NCBI GenBank assembly: GCA_000993565.1 | Contig: LBWK01000002.1 | Span: forward strand, 224,800 to 288,799 | Origin: a candidate division WS6 bacterium GW2011_GWF2_39_15 | GTDB taxonomy: Bacteria; Patescibacteriota; Dojkabacteria; SC72 | Direction: 5' to 3' | DNA length: 64,000 bases | Shown here: piece after piece, positions 9,558-17,435 of the stretch | How positions within the stretch are numbered: position 1 is the stretch's first letter | Layout: each line of letters opens with the position of its first letter | Notes under the pieces: model-generated | What the model was told of the DNA's origin: nothing | Database searches by the model: none | Seen by the model: the letters and a program-made list of their open reading frames with translations, nothing else | Translations under genes and position numbers: made by a program

Positions 9558-12500
9558 ATGCTAAATAAATTTTTCTATAGTGTACGTAGGTCTATTCCCC
9601 GTATTCTCTCAATCTTCTTAGCTTCCTATATTGTACTTGGGCCTGTCTTGTCACTTTCTGCATCGCCAATTTTTGCTGAGGAAGAAACTATCGAAACTGT
9701 TGAGATTGTGGATGAAACTCCGGTTGAAGAAGAAACAATTCCACCACTAGAGGAACCTGTTGTTGAGGAACTACCGATCGAGACGGAATTGGAAACGGTC
9801 CCTCCCGAGGAGAACAATAACCCTGTTACGACAGAGACGAAATGTTCTCATGAATGTCCGGTTGAAGAAAGTACGGGAAGACTTATTGTAAAAAAGACTA
9901 CTCTCCCCGAAGATAACCATGCGGTATTTAGGATTCAGGCGTGGGGAACTGGAAAAGTCTTTGGAGGAGGGAAGGGAACGGTATCAGATGACTCAAACTG
10001 GAAATATGAAGTTGAACCAGGTACCTACTCTGTGTCTGAAAAAGCCAAGAAAGGATGGCAAGAGGTTGGTAACACCTGTAAAGATATTTATATTGAGGCC
10101 GGGGAAACAAAACATTGTAGAATAACGAATATGAAGCTGGGTGAAATCTCCGGATATAAGTTTCGGGATTTAGATGGCGATATTGAGACAAAAAGAGATC
10201 GAATCGGAGTTGAGGGATGGAAGGTCAAGCTCTGGAAGAAGGCTCATGATGACTCCTTTGAATACATAGGGCAGGTTATAACAGACAAGAATGGATTCTA
10301 TCAGTTTGAGGATCTCATGCCAGGGGAATACAAGGTTAAGGAGATTGAACAGAGTGGATGGGTAAAGCTTTCTCCAGATGGGCCTTTTATAATGGTAGAT
10401 CTCAAACCGGGTGAGAACGAGTGTAATAACGATTTTGTAAATGTAAAATATGGGCAGATTAAGGTCTTTAAAGATGTACAGTCTCCCGAAGGTGGTGATG
10501 TTTTGGATAAGTCTCACCTCTTTGAAATTCAGCTTAATTGGAATGATGCCAGAAACATCACCGATGGTGACTCTACAGTTTATGATTCTCTCGAACCGGG
10601 TATATATACAGTCTCAGAGACAAACATCCCTGACGGATATATATTGTATGGTTCATCTCTTGATGAAGACCCGAGTCTACCCGGGTTTCAAGTAGATATT
10701 TCATTGGGTGAGGAGATAGATCTGACGGTTATTAATAGGCAGAAAAGATCTAAATTAGTCATATATAAAGATGTTGTGGATTCAGGGGGTGGTGATATCT
10801 ATGATAGTCAAGAGTTTAAAGTTAGGATTCATCAAGGAGGAGACAATGTAACAGGATGGAAGACAATCTCTGATGACGAATTTGAGTCACAGTATGCAAC
10901 TTTTCACTTAAATCCGGGAACGTATAAAGTGAGGGAGCAATACTTGTCGGGGTATGAACAGATTAATTGTAAGCAGTTTGGTCCAACAGAAACGGTAAAA
11001 TTGCTGCCGGGAGAAACTTACGAGGTCGTTTGTCAAAACATGGAGACTGAATTTATACCTGAAACTGGAAGCCTAACTGTTATAAAAGACGTCTTGAACC
11101 CTGATGGGAGCCCGGTAGTCGATAACGCGACCACGTTTAATATCGCTTTGGATGGGGAGGATGTAAGATCACTAGGTGATGGTCAAAGTACTCAGTATCT
11201 GGAACTGCCTGCGGGGACTTATACTGTTACTGAAGAAGTAACTCTGGGTTATACTTTCGATAGCTTTTCTGTAGATGAAGATCCTGATGTCGATGGAGCT
11301 CAGATTACAGTTACCGGAGAGGGTGCGGAGTTGACAATTTTTAACCGTCAGCAAAAGGGAAAGATTATAGTTTATAAAGATGTCATAAACTCTGGTTCAG
11401 AAAATGCAGTGTACAGTGAGGATGTTTTTGAAATTGTGATGAATGCTGAAGGAATGGTCGACAATAAAAAGGATATTTCAGATTCTCAGTTTTCACCCTT
11501 GGTTGCAGAGTATTCCGATCTTTATCCGGGCACATACACATTTACTGAGAGTCCTTTTGAAGGATATGAATTTCTCGGATGTAGAGCCGTTAACTCTGAA
11601 GATACATTGGATGACTTAGTTGTTGTTAATGTAGCCAGTGGAACCACATACGAATTTGTTTGTGTTAATCAATTTACAGAGGCGAGTTTGCAGTTGGAAA
11701 AGAGTAATAATACTGGTGGCGCTGATCTATTACCAGGAAGCAGTGTTGTCTATACATTGGTTGTGACTGCCCCAGAAAATTCGGGAGAAGTTAAAGATGT
11801 AGAAGTTGTGGATCTGGCTCCAGAAGGGTTTAATTATGTTTCTGGTTCATGGGCGGCGATATCCTCAGAAAGAGGTGATTTACGAGCTCAGCTAATAACA
11901 GGTGAACCGACTTATGCTTCGCCCGGAGGATGGAAGATTGGTGATATGAAACCCGGAGAAGTTGTCACCCTTACTTATATGGCCGTAATCTCGAGTCTTC
12001 AGGATGCCGGGGTGTATAAAGACCTTGCTTGGGTTGAGGGACAAAGTGTAGGTGGAGAACGGGTAGTTGGGAGTGCTCCTCTTGGAGTTTTTGCAGGAAC
12101 AGAAGTGAGTGTCATTACTCCTCCACCTCAGGAAAGTGTAAAAGCTGAAGTCCTTGGAGTTACCTTACCGAATACTGGTGCTAATATGGTTGGGACTGCT
12201 TTGTCAGGTATAATGATACTCCTCGGTCTTACGATTCTTTTGATAACAGGAAAGAATACGAGAAAATTATTACCAGTAACTCTTGGTCTAGTGTTATTTA
12301 CAGGTTTAATAGGGAATGAGTTTGTTCAGAGTGCATATGCAGAGTCTACAAACTATATACGGCTTGAGTCTCCAAAGTCACCGACTGGGAAAGCAGACAC
12401 AAAGATAGGGTTTGTGGCTTTGGATATTGATAATAATGCCTTAACCGTAACTTGCTATGTGAAAAAACCAGGGGGAACATATACAGCCTTTGATACTATT

Positions 12501-13262
12501 GGACTGGTATCAGGCGGTAATAACGGCAACTGTCAATTGAATGCTTCAATTTTAAATCAAGAAGGTATATATGAATTTTATGCAACTGCAAATGGTGCTG
12601 TGTCAGAAGTCGTGGCAATGGAATTTGATGCCAAAGGACCTTTACCTATTGTCGATTATAAAAGGACTCGGAATAATTGTAGCTATACGTTAGATTTCTC
12701 TACTGGAAGCGATTCCGGTCAGACCGTTCTCGTTCAGATTTTCAGGTCGGATAAAACTTCGTTTACTGCAAATCAATCCACACTGGTAAAAGAGATTTTC
12801 ATAGGTTCCGGTAAGCCCGTTACATACATCGATACAGTCCCTGATTGTAATAAGGATTTCTTTTATGCAGTGAGAGCTGTTGATGATGCCGGCAATACAT
12901 CGGATTTTGTAACCGATAGGCTTGTGGAAGTAACGTCTCTTCCACCTGTAGATAATGGTGATGGGGGAGATACCGAGGGAGAAGTTGCAGGAGAGGAGAC
13001 AGATGGTAACAATGGTGAAGAAAATGAAGGAGGTAATGGCGAGGTCAAAGGTGAGGATAATGATAATGAAGGGGGAAATGGAAACGGAAGTAAGAATGAA
13101 GATGGTGAAGGCACAGGTAATGGTGGAGACGAGAAGGGTAATGTATGGGATTGGCTTAAATGGGTAATAGCCGCCGTTGCAGTTTTAACTGCTGGTACAT
13201 TAGTATATTTGTATGTTAATGGAAGAGATATCAGAATCAAGCTCCCAGGCAAAAAGGATTAG
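9558..13262 (+). CDS. 1234 aa surface protein: tandem CnaB/SpaA-like domains, DUF11-like domain, internal LPNTG sorting signal, second exported module with C-terminal TM
   Basis: Signal peptide ending IFA; six K...(P/A)GxYxxxE...N repeats; LEKSNN...VVYTLVV...VVDLAPEGF (DUF11-like); LPNTG at 12165-12179 then two hydrophobic helices; acidic linker; C-terminal TM. Confidence 0.85.
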   Translation: MLNKFFYSVRRSIPRILSIFLASYIVLGPVLSLSASPIFAEEETIETVEIVDETPVEEETIPPLEEPVVEELPIETELETVPPEENNNPVTTETKCSHECPVEESTGRLIVKKTTLPEDNHAVFRIQAWGTGKVFGGGKGTVSDDSNWKYEVEPGTYSVSEKAKKGWQEVGNTCKDIYIEAGETKHCRITNMKLGEISGYKFRDLDGDIETKRDRIGVEGWKVKLWKKAHDDSFEYIGQVITDKNGFYQFEDLMPGEYKVKEIEQSGWVKLSPDGPFIMVDLKPGENECNNDFVNVKYGQIKVFKDVQSPEGGDVLDKSHLFEIQLNWNDARNITDGDSTVYDSLEPGIYTVSETNIPDGYILYGSSLDEDPSLPGFQVDISLGEEIDLTVINRQKRSKLVIYKDVVDSGGGDIYDSQEFKVRIHQGGDNVTGWKTISDDEFESQYATFHLNPGTYKVREQYLSGYEQINCKQFGPTETVKLLPGETYEVVCQNMETEFIPETGSLTVIKDVLNPDGSPVVDNATTFNIALDGEDVRSLGDGQSTQYLELPAGTYTVTEEVTLGYTFDSFSVDEDPDVDGAQITVTGEGAELTIFNRQQKGKIIVYKDVINSGSENAVYSEDVFEIVMNAEGMVDNKKDISDSQFSPLVAEYSDLYPGTYTFTESPFEGYEFLGCRAVNSEDTLDDLVVVNVASGTTYEFVCVNQFTEASLQLEKSNNTGGADLLPGSSVVYTLVVTAPENSGEVKDVEVVDLAPEGFNYVSGSWAAISSERGDLRAQLITGEPTYASPGGWKIGDMKPGEVVTLTYMAVISSLQDAGVYKDLAWVEGQSVGGERVVGSAPLGVFAGTEVSVITPPPQESVKAEVLGVTLPNTGANMVGTALSGIMILLGLTILLITGKNTRKLLPVTLGLVLFTGLIGNEFVQSAYAESTNYIRLESPKSPTGKADTKIGFVALDIDNNALTVTCYVKKPGGTYTAFDTIGLVSGGNNGNCQLNASILNQEGIYEFYATANGAVSEVVAMEFDAKGPLPIVDYKRTRNNCSYTLDFSTGSDSGQTVLVQIFRSDKTSFTANQSTLVKEIFIGSGKPVTYIDTVPDCNKDFFYAVRAVDDAGNTSDFVTDRLVEVTSLPPVDNGDGGDTEGEVAGEETDGNNGEENEGGNGEVKGEDNDNEGGNGNGSKNEDGEGTGNGGDEKGNVWDWLKWVIAAVAVLTAGTLVYLYVNGRDIRIKLPGKKD

Positions 13263-13902
13263 TAAAGAAAATGTAAGGACTACGCTTAGATTTATCGGCT
13301 GGCTTCTTATTGTTGCGGGTCTAGTAGTTCTTATCCTGGAGTTCAAGGATATAATAAATGCCCAGATAGATTATTATGTACACCCAGTTCAGGATGTTCC
13401 GGAAGTTAAGGTGGCAGAGCAGAAAGAAGACATAACCAGTCAATTGAAAGATGACCAGAAAATAGTTTTTGTAGACCAGGAATTCGGTCTGTTTATTCCC
13501 AAAATAAAAGCAAATGCCGCTGTAATCTCAAATGTAGACCCGTATTCTTACAATATTTATATGGAAGCATTGGAGAAAGGTATTGCCCATGCTAAGGGAA
13601 CAAGTTTGCCTAATCAAAGTGGGAATGTGTTTCTTTTTGCTCATTCAGCAGTTAATTTCTATGATTCTAAGAAACTCAATGTATATTTCTATCTCCTGAG
13701 TAAACTTGAAAAAGGTGATAAAGTATATGTTAGCTATAAAGGCGTGATATATAAGTATAAAGTTTTAAGTACAAGGTTTGTAATGCCAAGTGAAGTTAAA
13801 TACTTAGGAGATTATATGGAAAAGGATACTTTGACTCTCATGTCATGTTGGCCTGCTGGAACGAATTTGAAAAGAACTATTGTAACAGCTGTAAGAGACT
13901 GA
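13213..13902 (+). CDS. Sortase (intact His-Cys-Arg triad)
   Basis: N-terminal TM; IPKI, NVFLFAHS, LEKGD, LTLMSCWP, KRTIVTA. Confidence 0.92.
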   Translation: MLMEEISESSSQAKRISKENVRTTLRFIGWLLIVAGLVVLILEFKDIINAQIDYYVHPVQDVPEVKVAEQKEDITSQLKDDQKIVFVDQEFGLFIPKIKANAAVISNVDPYSYNIYMEALEKGIAHAKGTSLPNQSGNVFLFAHSAVNFYDSKKLNVYFYLLSKLEKGDKVYVSYKGVIYKYKVLSTRFVMPSEVKYLGDYMEKDTLTLMSCWPAGTNLKRTIVTAVRD

Positions 13903-13923
13903 AGAAATTCATTCAATACGTCG

Positions 13924-13952
13924 TTGAAAGTGGCCTCAACTAGGTATATAAT
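13924..13952 (+). promoter_or_regulatory. Sigma70-type promoter
   Basis: TTGAAA-17 nt-TATAAT upstream of ORF 13984. Confidence 0.6.
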
Positions 13953-13983
13953 ACTATAAGTTAATATCGAGTTTATTTATTTT

Positions 13984-14631
13984 ATGACAATAACTTCAAA
14001 ACGAGATGAAGGTATTCTTTCTAATTATCCAGAGACTAGCGTTGTAAATACAGGGGTTTTTGCTTTACATGAGGAAATAAGAGAACATCTTAAAGCAGAG
14101 GCCGCAGAAGCAGTTCAATGTATGATATTACTTAGTGTAATGGATGGTGAGGAGCACTATCAGGAGGTTGAAGTTGCAGGTTTCCCTCTTGTTAGGTCTG
14201 TAGGAATTGATGACTTTGACCATATGATTACAGTAGGGGAAGAAATCTATAAAAATGCATATACTATTAGTGAGTGGGGTGACGAAAACCTTAAGTTAGG
14301 CAAGGTGTCCCAGTCTGATAGTGTTACTAGGCGATTTAGGTTATGTAGGGATATAAACCGCCAAGAGTTACAGGTACCAATCTTTTTCACTAAGCCACCT
14401 CGAAAGATATTTAGGAGCCAAAATGATTTTCATGCGTATTTGTATGAAGCACTTAGAGTTGCAATTAGTGTTTATTACAATTCATCAAATGATAACCCGG
14501 ATAGGGAAAGTGAGATCAACAGAAGGGTTTTTGACTCTTCAGAGTTCTCTAGGGGTCTTATGTCCTTTTGCGGTAGATTTATGAAGGATACAGGGGAGTC
14601 GAGAAAAGGGATCAAGGTCACGAACGAATAG
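13984..14631 (+). CDS. Hypothetical protein
   Basis: 215 aa ORF with its own promoter; no motif recognised. Confidence 0.6.
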   Translation: MTITSKRDEGILSNYPETSVVNTGVFALHEEIREHLKAEAAEAVQCMILLSVMDGEEHYQEVEVAGFPLVRSVGIDDFDHMITVGEEIYKNAYTISEWGDENLKLGKVSQSDSVTRRFRLCRDINRQELQVPIFFTKPPRKIFRSQNDFHAYLYEALRVAISVYYNSSNDNPDRESEINRRVFDSSEFSRGLMSFCGRFMKDTGESRKGIKVTNE

Positions 14632-15757
14632 ACTTTACCCCCACTGCTTCTTTAATATTCTTGTAGCCATCTTCTTTTAGCCGTTTTTCTAGTCCCATAT
14701 TTATTTCGGCTATTAACTGTGGACCTTCGTATATCATTCCGGTGATGAGCTGTACTAACGATGCTCCTCTTTTTATCTTCTCGTACGCATCTTGGGCATT
14801 GAATATACCGCCAAGTCCAATGATTTTTATCTTGTGGCCAAATTCTTTGTAAGCTTTTTCTATCAGTTCATTGCTAAAGTCTTTGGTCGGTGCCCCGCTG
14901 AAATTGCCCTTCAAAAATCTAACAGTATCCAGTTCTTTAGGTTCAAACAGGGTCGCGTTTCTCCTTTTTAGCAGATTGGCAATTATTACTCCGTCTACTT
15001 TATAATCAATCATTATTTGTATTAACTCTCTTGCTTTTTTCCAGGGGATCTCTAACTGAAGCTTTACCAGAAGAGGTTTGCGTATTTCTAACTTCTTAAT
15101 ACCTTCCAGAACCTGTTTCAGATGATTTGGATCTGCTAACGATCCGGATCCTAAGACATTAGGGCAAGATATGTTTAACTCTAGATAGGCTAATTTATTG
15201 TATAAACGATGTATTTTCAAAAACCTGAAACTGTTCACAATATCTTCTATCTGTGATTGTGGAGTTGTGCAGTCAGGCGAGTTAGTTGCTCCGATTGAAA
15301 TCCCTACTTGATATGCCTCCTCCCAGTTTTGTATGTTTTTATTCAGGACCTTTTTTATTCCGTCGTTTTTGAATCCTTTGTTCACAAGAATGGATTTGGA
15401 TTTTGGAAGCCTTACCAGTCTTGGAGCTTTGTTACCTTCGTAGTCGGAGAACGTAACTGTTCCAATAGACTGGAATCCGAAACCTACGCTTCCAAGTATT
15501 TGAGTCAATTCACCGTTGTAGTCAAACCCCGCTGCGAGTCCTACAGGATTTTTAAAAGTAATACCGAAAAGTTCTTGAGAAAGTGTAGGGTGATTACTAT
15601 TATATGTACGGTTTAATAATTTTTTAGAAAATTTCGATTTGCCAAGCTGTTGTCCAAGGTTAATTACTAGATTGTGTACTGTTTCGGGATCAAAAATGAA
15701 AAGAATCGGCTTTAGGAAGTATTTATACAGGAATTTAGTTGTGTAAATGATAGTCAC
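14618..15757 (-). CDS. pyrD: Dihydroorotate dehydrogenase, class 2-like
   Basis: DPETVH N-terminal domain, NPVGLAAGFD, GTVT, NISCPN, SGAP, IIGLGGI, GASLVQL. Confidence 0.92.
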   Translation of the reverse strand: MTIIYTTKFLYKYFLKPILFIFDPETVHNLVINLGQQLGKSKFSKKLLNRTYNSNHPTLSQELFGITFKNPVGLAAGFDYNGELTQILGSVGFGFQSIGTVTFSDYEGNKAPRLVRLPKSKSILVNKGFKNDGIKKVLNKNIQNWEEAYQVGISIGATNSPDCTTPQSQIEDIVNSFRFLKIHRLYNKLAYLELNISCPNVLGSGSLADPNHLKQVLEGIKKLEIRKPLLVKLQLEIPWKKARELIQIMIDYKVDGVIIANLLKRRNATLFEPKELDTVRFLKGNFSGAPTKDFSNELIEKAYKEFGHKIKIIGLGGIFNAQDAYEKIKRGASLVQLITGMIYEGPQLIAEINMGLEKRLKEDGYKNIKEAVGVKSIRS

Positions 15758-15764
15758 GTCGTTA

Positions 15765-16553
15765 TTATAGACTAATTTCAGGATTTTGTGTCGTATTGAC
15801 TGTATATTTTCCGCTCCTGATTCGGTTTATCTCTATGGCCGTTGCCTTTGCTCCTATCCGAATACCAAGATCATTTACTATTCCTCTTATATAGGTTCCA
15901 GAGGAGACATGAGCTTCCATCTCAATAACCTGATATCTTTTTTCAATTTCAATATTATTCTCCCATCTTTTCATTATCTCTTCCTGTCTGAAATTCCCTT
16001 TCAGCAGAGAGATTCTTTCCTTAATGTCTGTATATAACTCGTGGCCATTTATGTATTTAGTATTTAGAAGTTTAATATCGTAAATCTCGATCTCTTTTTC
16101 AGGTATTGTTATCTCATTTAATTTATTTCTTAAGGCCCAGTTAAATAAAGGCTTTCCTTTAATCTTATACGATGAAAAGGGAGGGAATTTTTGTCGCTGC
16201 TTTCCTTTGTAAGTTCTAAGAATATTCTTAAGGCTTTCATCTGACACAGCAATATTAGGACTGCCTATTACAGACAATCCGCAAATATCGTAACTGTCAG
16301 TTCCAAATCCAATTACTGCTTGAAACTGGTAGACTTTGTCGCTTAGCTCATATTCCCTTCTCTTTTTATTTTCGTCACCTACTAAAAGAACCATGACTCC
16401 GTGTGCCAGAGGATCCAGCTTCCCTGCAGGGCTTATTTTAACATCTTTATATTCAGGGTTTTGCTCTTTGAAGGTATTAATAAGCTGTACGGGAGATATT
16501 CCAACTGGTTTATAGAGACTAATTACTGATTTCATTTTCTTTGAAGAAGTCAT
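15765..16553 (-). CDS. truB: tRNA pseudouridine(55) synthase TruB-like (short form)
   Basis: YKPVG, AGKLDPLAHG (catalytic Asp), QKFPPFSS, VSSGTYIR; start may be 16535. Confidence 0.85.
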   Translation of the reverse strand: MTSSKKMKSVISLYKPVGISPVQLINTFKEQNPEYKDVKISPAGKLDPLAHGVMVLLVGDENKKRREYELSDKVYQFQAVIGFGTDSYDICGLSVIGSPNIAVSDESLKNILRTYKGKQRQKFPPFSSYKIKGKPLFNWALRNKLNEITIPEKEIEIYDIKLLNTKYINGHELYTDIKERISLLKGNFRQEEIMKRWENNIEIEKRYQVIEMEAHVSSGTYIRGIVNDLGIRIGAKATAIEINRIRSGKYTVNTTQNPEISL

Positions 16554-17373
16554 AGATTTCTTTCATAAATTCGGTATCAATATTGAAATGTCCTGCGTCC
16601 TGAACTGTTCTTAGCACAGTGTTTATTTTATAGGGTTTTCCGCGCTCAATATATCCGGAACTTGCACTATATCCGACATTTACATCTCTAGTCCCGTGCC
16701 AGATTTTTGTTGGGATGTTCTTGATAGGAGTGTAAATACTTGATCCCCAGATATATGTAACAGGGGCAAGTAGTGCCATGGCATTGACCTCACTTGGATA
16801 TTTAACAGCATAGTATATAGCGGGTAAACCTCCCATACTAAATCCCAGCATGTTAACCTTTTCTTTTATCATATACTCTTTCTTTATCCATTCAATTAAG
16901 TTCTTACTATCCTGTATTGAAGCGGTGTTTCCATAATTCATACCGTGCTGGTTGGAAGCGGCAAATGCAAAACCCTTAGTCGTAAGGTACTTTGCATATG
17001 CCTGCAGATCTTTCATAAACGGATCTTTGAGATTCTTTGTTACATTTGTATTAGATCCATGATTGTAGATCACAAGAGTTGGAGGAGTTTTAGTATCTAT
17101 TGTCAGAGGATAAGCTATGTAGGCTTGCTGAGTTTGGATTACGGGAAACTTCTCGAAGTACAAGGCTCCGTTTTCTGCAGGAGTTTCTGCGTATGTTTTA
17201 TGGGTATTCTGAGGAACTTGTTGTTCGGGATCCTTATTTTCCTGTTCGACAGCACTTTCTTCCGAAGAGATCTTTTCGCCGGCGAGCTTATCATTTCGGG
17301 TATATAGGAAATATATTGCAATACCAACGATGATGACCAGGATTGTCGGTAGTAGCGATTTGAGAAATTTCAT
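16519..17373 (-). CDS. Membrane-anchored alpha/beta hydrolase
   Basis: N-terminal TM, NHG, GFSMGG nucleophile elbow, HGTRD, AGH; start set at ATG 17373, 6 nt after TATAAT. Confidence 0.85.
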   Translation of the reverse strand: MKFLKSLLPTILVIIVGIAIYFLYTRNDKLAGEKISSEESAVEQENKDPEQQVPQNTHKTYAETPAENGALYFEKFPVIQTQQAYIAYPLTIDTKTPPTLVIYNHGSNTNVTKNLKDPFMKDLQAYAKYLTTKGFAFAASNQHGMNYGNTASIQDSKNLIEWIKKEYMIKEKVNMLGFSMGGLPAIYYAVKYPSEVNAMALLAPVTYIWGSSIYTPIKNIPTKIWHGTRDVNVGYSASSGYIERGKPYKINTVLRTVQDAGHFNIDTEFMKEIYDFFKENEISN

Positions 17374-17435
17374 AAGTACATTATACAAGAAAACTTTACC
17401 TCATTTACAGATTAGTATAATATCGAGTAAGAGGT

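Noticed and set aside
11052-11072. FIPETG, an LPxTG-like sequence in the 1234-aa protein
   Set aside because: No hydrophobic helix or basic tail follows; it lies at a domain boundary.
3650-13252. Many 60-130 aa ORFs antisense or out of frame within the two giant genes (e.g. 12863-13252 Ser/Pro-rich)
   Set aside because: Shadows of the coding strand's biased codon content; no independent motifs or start signals.
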